The position numbers were made by a program, and so were the translations under genes. Below, piece after piece: positions 27,345-37,332 of a stretch of 64,000 nucleotides of DNA. This DNA is from Porphyromonadaceae bacterium UBA3318 (lineage in GTDB: Bacteria; Bacteroidota; Bacteroidia; Bacteroidales; Muribaculaceae). Under the pieces are notes generated by a model, which worked only from the letters and a program-made list of their open reading frames with translations, ran no database searches and had not been told where the DNA came from. Each line of letters starts with the position of its first letter. Positions within the stretch are counted from its first letter, which is position 1. The DNA lies in NCBI GenBank assembly GCA_002361235.1, contig DESI01000005.1, positions 204 through 64,203 on the forward strand, given 5' to 3'.

Positions 27345-28703
27345 TTATTTTATCCAGCCTTCGTACTGGAACTCGCAGCCTTCCCAACCGTCTGTAATCT
27401 TGGTGTATGTGTTCTTTATCTTCTTCTCGATCCATTCCTTCAGGATCCGTTGCTTCTCGTAGCCTTCATACATGCTCTTGATCATGTTGAAGTCGTCGGC
27501 CAGCGTAGCCTTGTGTCCGGGAATGCGCTTGGTGAGACGCACTATCGACACCACGTCGCGGTTCTTGCGCGGATCCTTCATTATGAACGCTTCCGATATG
27601 TCGCCTGGCTGCATCAGCTCCAGTTTCTCGGCTGCTTCGGCGGGAAGGTCCTGCATCTCGAAGCGGTTGCTGCCGGTTTTCGGATTGATCATGATTCCCT
27701 TATTGTTCTTCGTATCCTTGTCCTGCGACACATAGCGGGCTGCCTCCTCGAACGAGAACACGCCTCCCACTATCTCCTTGCGCAGCGAGTCGAGACGCAC
27801 CACGGCGGTGTTCAGGTCCTTGGCTGCCACTTTGGGCGTAAGCAGAATGTGGCGCACGTTCACCTGGTCGCCGCGCTTGTCTATCAGCTGGATGATGTGA
27901 TAGCCGTACTCGGTCTCCACGATACGCGACACCTTCTTGGGGTCGTTCAGGTTGAAGGCCACTGCCGAGAACTCAGGCACGAAGTCGGCGCGCCCGTGAT
28001 AGCCCAGCTCGCCTCCCTGCAAGGCCGATCCGTCCTCGCTGTATGCGATGGCCAGCGTCGAGAACTCGGCCTCGCCCTTGTTGATTCGGTCGGAATATTC
28101 GCGCAGACGGGCCTTGATGTCGTCTATCTCCTGCTGCGGAATCTCGGGATTGATGGTGATGATCTGAGCCTCCACCTGCATCGGCACGTACGGGATGCTG
28201 TCCTCGGGCAGCGAGGCGTAGTATTTCTTAACCTCGTTGGGCGTACCCTTCACGTTCTTGGTCAGCGAGTTCTGAACCTGCTCGATAATGTAGTTGTTGC
28301 GCATCATGTCCATCAGCTGCGTGCGCAGCGCCGGCATGCTCTTGTGGAAATATTCCTCGACTTTCTCGCGCGAGCCGAGATTGGCCACGAAGTAGTCTAT
28401 ACGCTTGTCCACCTGCGAGGCCACCTGATTCTCGGGGGCCTCCACGGTGTCTATCTTGGCCTGGTGCAGAAACAGCTTGTCCACGGCCATCCGCTCGGGA
28501 ATGACGCAATACGGGTCGCCGCCGAGGTTCACGCCCTCCGAGCGCAACTGCGAATACTGCTCCTCGACGTCCGACTTGAAGATAGCCTCGTCGCCCACTA
28601 TCCACGCCACCTCGTCCACAACGTTCTTCTGTATCGCCGCGGCTGCGGTCACCACGACCATCGCTGTCATCACGGCTCCTGTGGCCAGTTTCAACTTATT
28701 CAT
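27345..28703 (-). CDS. surA: SurA-like peptidyl-prolyl isomerase/chaperone
   Basis: VVDEVAWIVGDEAIFKSD; rotamase motifs FSTLAIAYSEDGSALQGGELG, ETEYGYHIIQL, HILLTP, FEEAARYVSQD. Confidence 0.8.
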   Translation of the reverse strand: MNKLKLATGAVMTAMVVVTAAAAIQKNVVDEVAWIVGDEAIFKSDVEEQYSQLRSEGVNLGGDPYCVIPERMAVDKLFLHQAKIDTVEAPENQVASQVDKRIDYFVANLGSREKVEEYFHKSMPALRTQLMDMMRNNYIIEQVQNSLTKNVKGTPNEVKKYYASLPEDSIPYVPMQVEAQIITINPEIPQQEIDDIKARLREYSDRINKGEAEFSTLAIAYSEDGSALQGGELGYHGRADFVPEFSAVAFNLNDPKKVSRIVETEYGYHIIQLIDKRGDQVNVRHILLTPKVAAKDLNTAVVRLDSLRKEIVGGVFSFEEAARYVSQDKDTKNNKGIMINPKTGSNRFEMQDLPAEAAEKLELMQPGDISEAFIMKDPRKNRDVVSIVRLTKRIPGHKATLADDFNMIKSMYEGYEKQRILKEWIEKKIKNTYTKITDGWEGCEFQYEGWIK

Positions 28704-28708
28704 AATGT

Positions 28709-29626
28709 TTATCTTTTTTCTGTTTGCAGTTCCGAGATCTTCCCGGTCGCAGGGTCATACAATCCTTTGCGCAGGCGTCCCTCATTGATCTCGTGTCGGT
28801 ATATGTCGGAAATCATGTTGTCGCGGCGACTGGCGATGTCGGCCTGACGCAGAGTCTCGCGTGTTCGCTCGCGGGCATAGTCCTGGGGCATCTTCTCGCC
28901 GCTTCCCACATATTCCGATATGTGTATGATATAGACCGAGCCGCCATAGCTGGTCTCGAAATCCTTGTTGTCCTGCAGAAAGGCGTCGGCATCGAAAAAC
29001 CGGTACGGCACCAGGTCGGCGACTTCGTGCCAGGCGTGCCAGCGGTCGAGAAAATACTCGTACTGCGTGGCACCGCGAAGGCCCTTCTTCTCCATGCGGT
29101 CCAGCGAGTGGTCGCCGGGAGTCTTCATCCATTCCCTGATGGCCGGCAGATTGGCGTCGTCCTCAGGCACCTTGACGAATATTCCCTTCACCACAGGCTC
29201 CTCAAGTATCATGGAGTCACGTCGCTGGCTCAGATACCTGTCTATGCGGCGGTTGCTCACGTCCTGATCGCCGGTTCGGTCCATCATGCTCAGATACTTG
29301 CTCAGTATCAGGTCATTCCGATACTGATCCACCATTCTGTCCACTTCTTCCAGGTCGGGAATGTTGCGTTCGGCAAACTCCGTGAGCACCTGCCGCCGCA
29401 GCCAGGTCTCGACGATGCTGCGGAACATGGCCATGCTGTCGGCCGGCTCCAGGCCACGCGGAATCTGACGCAACACCTCCTGCAACATCAGAATCGTATC
29501 GCCCACCGCAACCACCTCCACGTCGCTGACTTCGGAACGTGCGGCATTCTTCCGGCAACCGCTCCACGCGATTGCCGACACCGCCAACAGGGGTATCAAA
29601 AACCGGCTAATTTTCCGTAAGTCCAT
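28709..29626 (-). CDS. PPIase-associated lipoprotein
   Basis: Lipobox WSGC; VVAVGDTIL, IVETWLR, YRNDLILSKY; position next to surA. Confidence 0.65.
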   Translation of the reverse strand: MDLRKISRFLIPLLAVSAIAWSGCRKNAARSEVSDVEVVAVGDTILMLQEVLRQIPRGLEPADSMAMFRSIVETWLRRQVLTEFAERNIPDLEEVDRMVDQYRNDLILSKYLSMMDRTGDQDVSNRRIDRYLSQRRDSMILEEPVVKGIFVKVPEDDANLPAIREWMKTPGDHSLDRMEKKGLRGATQYEYFLDRWHAWHEVADLVPYRFFDADAFLQDNKDFETSYGGSVYIIHISEYVGSGEKMPQDYARERTRETLRQADIASRRDNMISDIYRHEINEGRLRKGLYDPATGKISELQTEKR

Positions 29627-29635
29627 ATCAAGCTA

Positions 29636-29643
29636 CAAATTTA
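29636..29643 (-). promoter_or_regulatory. -7 box 10 bp upstream of the PPIase-lipoprotein start
   Basis: Minus strand TAAATTTG. Confidence 0.55.
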
Positions 29644-29672
29644 CGATTTTTTTGCAACTCCACAAAATGAAA

Positions 29673-29721
29673 GTTCCGGACCTGCCTGCTCATCGCCTGA
29701 CGAGTACGGCATGTCCGGAAC
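29673..29721 (-). terminator. Terminator of the ara operon
   Basis: GTTCCGGAC / GTCCGGAAC stem with inner pairing; TTTCATTTT follows on the minus strand. Confidence 0.65.
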
Positions 29722-29750
29722 CGTTATCGGTTTTCAGTATGTAGGCAGAG

Positions 29751-31340
29751 TCAGCGGACTTCCACCGCTTTTCCTTCTACCGGCAGTTTCTTCAGGTATG
29801 TCTTCAGGTATCGGTCATAGCCGGCCACCTCATCGGGCGTAGCCATGATTTCGGTTCCCTTGTTGCCGGCGAACACTTCGCTGTCCAGCCATTCATCCAG
29901 AGGCTTTGCTGCACCGTTGTTCACCAGATAGGAAGCGAGCAGGGCCATGCCCCACGCACCGCCCTCGCCGGCTGTCTCCATCACCGAGATGGGGGCGTTC
30001 AGTGCCGACGACAGTATGCGCTGGCCCACTCCGGGGGTCTTGAACAGTCCGCCGTGACCGGTGATGCGGTCCACCTTCACATTCTCGTCGTGGAACAGGA
30101 TGTCGTTGCCTATCTTCAGCACGGCCACCGATGCGTTCAGGTTCGCGCGCATGAAGTTGGCCAGCGAGAACCTGTCGCTCACGCTGCGCACGAACAGGGG
30201 CGAGCCCTCCGTCAATCCGATTACCGGTTCGCCTGAGAACAGGTTGTAGCTTACCAGGCCGCCGCAGTCCTTGTCGCCCGTCAGGGCGTTGTTGTACAGC
30301 TTGCCGTATATCTCGCCGATGTCGCACTTCACGCCCATCAGCTCGGCGAACTCGCTGAATATGCCCACCCACGCGTTCAGATCGGAGGTACAGTTGTTGC
30401 AATGCACCATGGCCACGGGACTTCCGTCGGGCGTGGTGACCATGTCGATGGCCTCGTACGGGCGGCTCAGTTCCTTCTCCAGCACTATCATGGAGAATGA
30501 AGATGTTCCGGCCGAGACGTTACCGGTGCGCTGACGCACTGAATTAGTCGCCACCATTCCGGTGCCGGCGTCTCCTTCCGGGGGACACATCGGTATGCCG
30601 TCCTTCAGCTTTCCGGTCGGATCCAGACGGGAAGCGCCCTCGGCGGTGAGTACACCGGCCTCGGCACCTGCCACCAATACCTCGGGCAGAATCTCGGCGA
30701 GTTTCCTGCCGAAGCCCTTGCCTGCTGCCAATTCGTCGAACTTGGACACCATCGAGGCATCATAGTTCCGGGTCTTCGAGTCCACGGGCATGATGCCGGA
30801 GGCATCGCCTATGCCTATCACCTTACGGTCTGTCAGCTGCCAATGTATGTAGCCGGCCAAGGTGGTGATGAACGCCACGTCCTTCACGTGCGGCTCATCG
30901 TCGAGAATCACCTGATACAGATGCGACAGGCTCCAGCGCAACGGCATGTTGAAGTTGAACAGCTCCGACAGTTCCTTAGCCGCTGCTCCGGTGTTGGTGT
31001 TGCGCCATGTGCGGAAGGGAGCCAGCATCCCGCCGTCCTTGTCAAAGGCCATGTATCCGTGCATCATCGCACTGATGCCTATGGCTCCGAGCGTCTCGAT
31101 CTCCACGCCATATTCATTGCGGACATTGGCGGCGAGGTCGGCGTAACACGCCTGCACTCCGCCCCATATATCCTCTAATGAATATGTCCACAGGCCGTTC
31201 TCCAGGCGGTTTTCCCACTCGTGGCTGCCCTGGGCTATCGGCTTGCTATCGCCGTCGATCAGCACGGCCTTGATGCGGGTAGAGCCGAACTCGATTCCGA
31301 GTACGGCCTTACCCTGCTGTATAGTTGACTTGGCGTCCAT
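29751..31340 (-). CDS. araB: L-ribulokinase (FGGY family, Bacteroides type)
   Basis: LGIEFGSTRIKAVL, ISAMMHGY, CPPEGDAGTGM, SAGTSSF; ara operon context. Confidence 0.85.
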   Translation of the reverse strand: MDAKSTIQQGKAVLGIEFGSTRIKAVLIDGDSKPIAQGSHEWENRLENGLWTYSLEDIWGGVQACYADLAANVRNEYGVEIETLGAIGISAMMHGYMAFDKDGGMLAPFRTWRNTNTGAAAKELSELFNFNMPLRWSLSHLYQVILDDEPHVKDVAFITTLAGYIHWQLTDRKVIGIGDASGIMPVDSKTRNYDASMVSKFDELAAGKGFGRKLAEILPEVLVAGAEAGVLTAEGASRLDPTGKLKDGIPMCPPEGDAGTGMVATNSVRQRTGNVSAGTSSFSMIVLEKELSRPYEAIDMVTTPDGSPVAMVHCNNCTSDLNAWVGIFSEFAELMGVKCDIGEIYGKLYNNALTGDKDCGGLVSYNLFSGEPVIGLTEGSPLFVRSVSDRFSLANFMRANLNASVAVLKIGNDILFHDENVKVDRITGHGGLFKTPGVGQRILSSALNAPISVMETAGEGGAWGMALLASYLVNNGAAKPLDEWLDSEVFAGNKGTEIMATPDEVAGYDRYLKTYLKKLPVEGKAVEVR

Positions 31341-31343
31341 CGC

Positions 31344-32870
31344 TTACTTGTTGAGCATGTAATAAACGTCGTTGTAACGCAGCTCGCGCTTGAACTCCGG
31401 GATGGTGGTGTTCTTGTCGATGCGCACCATCTCGATGCCGGCCATTTCGGCGTAATCCTCCCAGAATTCGGGGGTCACGGCATAGCTGAAGCATGAGTGG
31501 TGAGTACCTCCGGCCAGTATCCATGCTGCTGCACCGGTCTCGAAGTCGGGCATCGGAATCCAGAGTGCGGATGCCACGGGCAGCTTGGGCAGAGGCTTCG
31601 ACTTGATGCACTCCACGTCGTTCACTATCAGGCGGAAGCGGTTGCCGAGGTCTATCACCGTTGCCGTAAGTCCGTTGCCGGGCTTGGAAGTGAACACTAA
31701 GCGTGCGGTCTGTGCCTTGCGGATACCTATACCGAGGAAGTGAACCTCCAGACGGGGCTTCTGCTCGGCTATCATGGGGCAAACCTCGAGCATGTGGGCC
31801 TGCAGGATTGCGCTCTGCTTGCCGTCGAAGTTCAGCGTGTAGTCCTCCAGGAACGAGCAGCCGCCTTCCATGCCCTGCGTCATATACCACAGCGTGCGGT
31901 ACAGCGCGGCCGACTTCCAGTCGCCCTCGGCGCCGAAACCGTAGCCCTCGGCCATCAGTCGCTGAGAGGCCAGGCCGGGAATCTGGTCGAAGCCCACGAA
32001 CATCGGGTCGTTGATGTCGTCGGTTCCGAGGTCGTCGAAGTTGGTGGTGAAGCCCTTGGCGTTGTGAGCCGTCAGGCAGGCGCGGATAGCTAATTCCGCA
32101 CGTGCTGCATTGTGCACAGACTTGCAGGCGACACTGCCCTCCTCCAAGATTTCGGGTGCGCAGTCATACTGGGCTACATATTCCTTGTACAGTGCCTCCA
32201 CCTCGTCGTCGGTCACTTTTTTCTGATATTCCATCAGCTCGCTTACGGGCACATAGTCCACGTGATAGCCCATGCGGATCTCGGCGTCCACCTTGTCGCC
32301 GTCGGTCACGGCCACATTGTTCATCTGGTCGCCGAAACGCACGATGGTCATGTCCTGCGCGTCGGCCCATGCGGCTGCCACGCGGCTCCACACAGCTATG
32401 TGCTTCTGGGTCTCAGCATCCGTCCAGTGTCCCACCACCACCTTGCGGCGCACGTTCAGACGGGCGCAGATGTGGCCGAACTCGCGGTCGCCGTGCGCCG
32501 ACTGGTTCAGGTTCATGAAGTCCATGTCCATGGTGTCCCATGGAATCTCGGCGTTATACTGTGTGTGCAGGTGCAGCAGCGGTTTGCGAAGTGCCTGCAG
32601 GCCATGTATCCACATCTTGGCGGGCGAGAAGGTGTGCATCCATGTGATGATGCCCACGCACTTCTCGTCGTTGTTGGCAGCCTTCATCACGGCCTCGACT
32701 TCCTTCGACGAGTTGGCGGTACCCTTGTACACCACCTTGATGGGAAGGTTGCCCGACTTGTTCAGGCCATCGACCATCTCTTTGGAATGTGCGTCTACGG
32801 CGATGACTGCATCGCCTCCGTACAGCAGCTGGGCGCCTGTCACCCACCATATCTCAAGATTATCAAACAT
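31344..32870 (-). CDS. araA: L-arabinose isomerase
   Basis: GAQLLYG, WMHTFSPAKMW, MNLNQSAHGDRE, GFGAEGDWK, SFLEDY, HMLEVCP, GGTHHS. Confidence 0.95.
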   Translation of the reverse strand: MFDNLEIWWVTGAQLLYGGDAVIAVDAHSKEMVDGLNKSGNLPIKVVYKGTANSSKEVEAVMKAANNDEKCVGIITWMHTFSPAKMWIHGLQALRKPLLHLHTQYNAEIPWDTMDMDFMNLNQSAHGDREFGHICARLNVRRKVVVGHWTDAETQKHIAVWSRVAAAWADAQDMTIVRFGDQMNNVAVTDGDKVDAEIRMGYHVDYVPVSELMEYQKKVTDDEVEALYKEYVAQYDCAPEILEEGSVACKSVHNAARAELAIRACLTAHNAKGFTTNFDDLGTDDINDPMFVGFDQIPGLASQRLMAEGYGFGAEGDWKSAALYRTLWYMTQGMEGGCSFLEDYTLNFDGKQSAILQAHMLEVCPMIAEQKPRLEVHFLGIGIRKAQTARLVFTSKPGNGLTATVIDLGNRFRLIVNDVECIKSKPLPKLPVASALWIPMPDFETGAAAWILAGGTHHSCFSYAVTPEFWEDYAEMAGIEMVRIDKNTTIPEFKRELRYNDVYYMLNK

Positions 32871-32902
32871 AGTATCTTATTTTTAAAGTTTTCTTATTAT
32901 TG

Positions 32903-33595
32903 TTATTTTTTCTGTCCGTAATATGCGTTCGGACCGTGCTTGCGGTTGAAATGCTTTTCAACCAGCAGCGGGTTCATTGTCAGGTTCGGATTCACCTGGA
33001 AAGCCACGAACGCCATCTTGGCCACCTGCTCCAACACCACGGCGTTGTGCACGGCCTCGGCCGGCGTCTTGCCCCATGTGAAGGGGCCGTGGTTCTTGAC
33101 CAGCACGCCGGGGGTGTGCATCGGATTGATTCCCTCGAAACGCTTCACTATCACGTTGCCGGTCTCCAGCTCATAGTCGCCTTCCACTTCCCCGGCGGTC
33201 ATGTCGGCGGTGCAGGGCACTGCGTTGTGGAAGTAATCGGCGTGCGTGGTGCCGATGTTGGGCAGGTCGATGCCGGCCTGTGCCCATGCCGTGGCGTAGG
33301 TGCTGTGCGTGTGCACCACACCGCCCACTTCGGGGAACGCACGGTATATGGCTAAGTGAGTCGGAGTGTCGGACGACGGACGGAGACTTCCCTCCACCAC
33401 ATGGCCGTCGTTAAGGTCGACCACTACCATATCCTCGGCCTTCATGTCGTCGTAGCTTACGCCGCTGGGCTTGATCACCACAAGTCCATTCTCGCGGTCT
33501 ATGCCCGATACGTTGCCCCACGTGAATATCACGAGTCCGTGTCTCACCAGGTCCAGATTGGCCTGCAGCACTTCCTCCTTCAGTTTCTCAATCAT
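32903..33595 (-). CDS. araD: L-ribulose-5-phosphate 4-epimerase
   Basis: [43 protein letters not shown]. Confidence 0.95.
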   Translation of the reverse strand: MIEKLKEEVLQANLDLVRHGLVIFTWGNVSGIDRENGLVVIKPSGVSYDDMKAEDMVVVDLNDGHVVEGSLRPSSDTPTHLAIYRAFPEVGGVVHTHSTYATAWAQAGIDLPNIGTTHADYFHNAVPCTADMTAGEVEGDYELETGNVIVKRFEGINPMHTPGVLVKNHGPFTWGKTPAEAVHNAVVLEQVAKMAFVAFQVNPNLTMNPLLVEKHFNRKHGPNAYYGQKK

Positions 33596-33601
33596 TATGT
33601 C

Positions 33602-34264
33602 TTAATCTTCTGTTAGTCCGTTAATTTTTCTTCTGTACATTCTGGCGCCGCGTCGCGAGCTGGTCTTGTCGATGATGTCGGTCTGCTCCACCCGTCCGGA
33701 ATCGAGGATGCTTTTCCTGAAATTCCGTTTGTCCACTTGCTGTCCCAACACCAGTTCGTAAAGTGACTGCATCTGGGTAAGGGTGAACAGCTCGGGCAGC
33801 AGGCGGAACGCCAACGGCTCGGTCAGGAACATGCGTCGCATCACCTCCCTGCCCTTGGCTATCATCTCGGGATGGTCGAAACCTAATTCGGGCAGCGAGT
33901 CAAGATTCACCCACACCGCTCCATGCTCGGCTATCAGGTCGTTCGACAGCCGCGAGGTGTCAAGCAACGCGAAATACGCCACCGACACCACCCTCTCGCC
34001 GGGATCGCGGTCTATGCTGCCGAAGGCACCGACCTGACGCATATACACGTCGTGAAGTCCCGTCAGTTCGTACAGCACGCGCTTCGCTGCGGCGTCAACA
34101 CTTTCGTCGGGTCTCACAAATCCGCCCATCAGCGACCATTTACCCTTCTCCGGCTCGAAGGCGCGGCGAGTGAGCAATATGCTCAGCTTGCCCTCCTTCA
34201 GGCCGAAGATGATACAGTCCACACTTACATAGAAGCGGCTATGCGATCCGTAATATAGACTCAT
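33602..34264 (-). CDS. araR: NrtR-family Nudix-HTH repressor of arabinose genes
   Basis: VSVDCIIFG, WSLMGGFV, RDPGERVVSVAY, LGFDH, FTLTQ..LYE, DKRNFRK; position within the ara operon. Confidence 0.8.
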   Translation of the reverse strand: MSLYYGSHSRFYVSVDCIIFGLKEGKLSILLTRRAFEPEKGKWSLMGGFVRPDESVDAAAKRVLYELTGLHDVYMRQVGAFGSIDRDPGERVVSVAYFALLDTSRLSNDLIAEHGAVWVNLDSLPELGFDHPEMIAKGREVMRRMFLTEPLAFRLLPELFTLTQMQSLYELVLGQQVDKRNFRKSILDSGRVEQTDIIDKTSSRRGARMYRRKINGLTED

Positions 34265-34278
34265 TTCCTATATATGAT

Positions 34279-35955
34279 TTACCAGAAATAGATGTAGAAT
34301 GCCACCGTGATACCTAAGATTATAACCGAATGTATCACATCCCATGCGTTCCAGCTCTGGCGCGTTATGGCACGCTGTTCGGCTGTCGAAGTTCCGAACA
34401 CCAGTCCCTGTATCTGCTTGGGATCCGGGGCCTTGGTGCACAGCGACACGATGATGCCTACGGCGCAGCATATCACCAGCATCCATCCGCAGAAGAACAG
34501 CCAGTTGGTCTCGAAGAATACATAGCGGAATATGCTGTCGCCCGGACCGGCGTTGCTGTACCATACCTTGGCGCTCAGTCGGGTCATACCTATCAGCAGA
34601 CCGGTGATAAGCGCCCACATACCGCCCTGGGCCGTGCAGCGCTTCCACAGGATACCCAGCAGGAACGCAGCCGCGATACCCGGCGCGAGCACCGACTGCA
34701 CATCCTGCAGATACAGATAGAGCACATCGCCCACCGAACGCATGATGGGAATCCACAGTATACCTAAAATCACGATCACCACCGTAGCTGCCTGGCCGAT
34801 ACGCACCAGTTTCTTGGCGTCGGTATTGGGTTTGAAGCGCTTGTAGAAGTCAATGGTGAACAGAGCCGAGCTGGAGTTGAACAGCGAAGCTAATGAACTC
34901 ATAAGAGCAGCGAGGATACCGCACACAATCAGTCCCTTGAAACCGGCGGGCAGCAGCTTGGCCACGAGTGTGGGGAATGCGGCGTCCGAGTTGGGATTGC
35001 CGTTGGGAAGCAGGGGCAGGAACGAGCCCTGTGTCTGATGCAGCGCGAAGGCAATCATGCCCGGAATCAGGAACAGGAACACGGGCAGCAGCTTGAGGTA
35101 AGCGCCGAAAATGGTACCACGACGTGCCTCCTTCTCGTTCTTGCCCGACAGTACGCGCTGAACGATGAACTGGTCGGTACACCAGTACCAGAAACCGATC
35201 ACGGCCGAACCGATAAGGGCGCCGAGCCAGGGATATTGCGCGTCGCGGTTGTCGCGAATCAGGTTTGTCATCGTGTCGCCGTATTCGTTCACCTCAACGG
35301 CCGAGCAGATGCGCATCATCTCGTCCCAGCCTCCGAGTTCCTTAAGACCGAGTACCAGGATCACGAGCGATCCGAGCAACAGGATGGGCGTCTGCAGCAC
35401 CGAGGTGTACAGCACGGATTTCATACCGCCGAATATGGTATATACGGCTGTTATCAAAACAAGGCCGATGGCGGCGATCCAGAAGAAGTCGATGCCCCAC
35501 AGCGAGTCGATGCCGAACACCTGCTGGAACACAAGTCCGCCGGCGTAAACGGTCACGGCCACCTTGGTCAGCACATAGCTGATAAGGGATATCAGCGACA
35601 GAATGGTGCGCGACGCGGGATTGAAACGACGCTCCAGGAACTCGGGCATCGTATATACCATCGAGCGGCTGTAGAACGGCACGAACACCCAGCCGAGTAT
35701 CAGGATCATCCATCCCTGGATTTCCCAATGGGCCATCGCCATACCCGACGATGCGCCGGAACCTGCGAGTCCGATCAGATGCTCCGATCCGATGTTCGAG
35801 GCGAAGATAGACGCACCGATGGCTATCCATGTCGCATCCTTACCTCCGAGGAAGTAGTCCTTGGCATCGCCCTGCTTCTGACGGGCCACCCATACCACAA
35901 TGCCGATCAAGGCTATGAAGAAAAGCCCTATGACCAGCCAGTCCAAAAATGCCAT
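34279..35955 (-). CDS. Sodium:solute symporter (probable arabinose uptake, AraP-like)
   Basis: DYFLGG, ASNIGSEHLIGLAGSG, TMPEFLERRF, WYWCTDQFIVQR, AALMSSLASLFNS. Confidence 0.85.
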   Translation of the reverse strand: MAFLDWLVIGLFFIALIGIVVWVARQKQGDAKDYFLGGKDATWIAIGASIFASNIGSEHLIGLAGSGASSGMAMAHWEIQGWMILILGWVFVPFYSRSMVYTMPEFLERRFNPASRTILSLISLISYVLTKVAVTVYAGGLVFQQVFGIDSLWGIDFFWIAAIGLVLITAVYTIFGGMKSVLYTSVLQTPILLLGSLVILVLGLKELGGWDEMMRICSAVEVNEYGDTMTNLIRDNRDAQYPWLGALIGSAVIGFWYWCTDQFIVQRVLSGKNEKEARRGTIFGAYLKLLPVFLFLIPGMIAFALHQTQGSFLPLLPNGNPNSDAAFPTLVAKLLPAGFKGLIVCGILAALMSSLASLFNSSSALFTIDFYKRFKPNTDAKKLVRIGQAATVVIVILGILWIPIMRSVGDVLYLYLQDVQSVLAPGIAAAFLLGILWKRCTAQGGMWALITGLLIGMTRLSAKVWYSNAGPGDSIFRYVFFETNWLFFCGWMLVICCAVGIIVSLCTKAPDPKQIQGLVFGTSTAEQRAITRQSWNAWDVIHSVIILGITVAFYIYFW

Positions 35956-36006
35956 ATAGAAATCGTTTATTTCAGTTAGGTTAGATATTTCTTATACTCG
36001 GTCCAA

Positions 36007-37170
36007 TCACTTCTGCACCGAGAACTTGAAGATGCAGTGCGAGTGGTACATCTCGCCGGGACGGAGCACTGCCGACGGCCATTCGGGCTTGTTGGGAGTG
36101 TCGGGATACTTCTGGGTCTCCAGACATATTCCGGTGCGCTGCTGATATACGATGCCCCCTTTGCCTTTGACCGTACCGTCCAGGAAGTTGCCGGAGTAGA
36201 CCTGTATGCCGGGTTCGTTGGTGTAAACCTGCAGACGGATGCCGCTGGCGGGACAGAACAGGTTGACTGCCTCCTTGGTGTCGTCGCCGTTGGTGTCGAG
36301 CACCCAGTTATGGTCGTAGCCGTTGCCGTTCCTGATCTGCTCGAAGTCACGCTTCTCGATCTCGGCGCCCACAAGTTTCGCGTTGGTGAAATCCATCGGA
36401 GTGCCGGCTACCGGCAGGATCTCGCCTGTCGTCATGTATGTGCTGTCCACCGGAGTGTAACGGCTGGCGTTGATGGTCAGCTGCTGGTCGGTCACAGGCT
36501 TGTTCGCATCGCCCGACAGATTGAAGTAGCTGTGGTTGGTCATGTTGATTATTGTCGGCTTGTCGGTCGTGGCGGCGTAGCTTATGTCCAGACTGTTGTC
36601 CGACTTCACCGTGTACTTCACCTGCGCCTTCACGGTGCCGGGGAAGCCGTTGTCGCCATCCTTCGACTCTATGCCCAGTACCAGCGTCGAGTCGTTGCAC
36701 TCCATCATCTTATACACACGGTACTGCCATCCCTTGGTGCCCATGTCGGTGCCTCCGTGCAGACAGTGACCGAAGTTGTTGCGGGGCAGCTGATATTCCG
36801 TGCCGTCGAGAGTGAACTTACCCTGATTGATGCGGTTGGCGTAACGTCCTATGGCTGCGCCGAAGTCGGTCTGATTGTTTTCGGGGAAGTAAGCCTGCAC
36901 ACTGTCGAAACCAAGTACGACATCCTGCATTTTGCCGGCTTTGTCAGGCACCATTATCGACACGATGCGGCCTCCGAAGTTGGTGACGCACACTTCCATG
37001 CCGTTGGCATTTTTCAACGTGTACAGCGCCGTGCTGTCGCCGTCATATACGCTCACGAAGTTCTGGGGATCCAGTCCGGATGCCGTCCTTACATTCTTGG
37101 TTGTACCACTTACACAGGAGCTTACCACGGCTCCCGCCAGCAGCGATGCTGTAATCAGTAGGTTTCTCAT
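36007..37170 (-). CDS. galM: Aldose 1-epimerase (mutarotase, AraM/GalM-like), lipoprotein signal
   Basis: GRYANRI, HCLHGG, DNGFPG, NMTNHSYFNL, GYDHNWVL, GIQVYSGNFL, CLETQKYPD. Confidence 0.88.
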   Translation of the reverse strand: MRNLLITASLLAGAVVSSCVSGTTKNVRTASGLDPQNFVSVYDGDSTALYTLKNANGMEVCVTNFGGRIVSIMVPDKAGKMQDVVLGFDSVQAYFPENNQTDFGAAIGRYANRINQGKFTLDGTEYQLPRNNFGHCLHGGTDMGTKGWQYRVYKMMECNDSTLVLGIESKDGDNGFPGTVKAQVKYTVKSDNSLDISYAATTDKPTIINMTNHSYFNLSGDANKPVTDQQLTINASRYTPVDSTYMTTGEILPVAGTPMDFTNAKLVGAEIEKRDFEQIRNGNGYDHNWVLDTNGDDTKEAVNLFCPASGIRLQVYTNEPGIQVYSGNFLDGTVKGKGGIVYQQRTGICLETQKYPDTPNKPEWPSAVLRPGEMYHSHCIFKFSVQK

Positions 37171-37196
37171 GGCTGAAAATTAGTGTTAATTGTTTT

Positions 37197-37219
37197 ATGG
37201 GTGTAAAATTAACACTCAT
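37197..37219. promoter_or_regulatory. Candidate AraR operator (23-bp palindrome)
   Basis: ATGGGTGT-AAAATTA-ACACTCAT, 27 bp upstream of the first ara gene. Confidence 0.7.
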
Positions 37220-37272
37220 TTCCCGCCATTCCAAATTAATTTTTATGTTTTACAACATATTTCCAAAATAAT

Positions 37273-37300
37273 CAGGGGCGCACCGCCCGGCACGCCCCTG
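37273..37300 (-). terminator. Terminator after the large PPIase gene
   Basis: CAGGGGCG / CGCCCCTG stem; ATTATTTT follows on the minus strand. Confidence 0.6.
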
Positions 37301-37332
37301 TTATAATCCTATTTTGTAATTCGTCGGTATAT

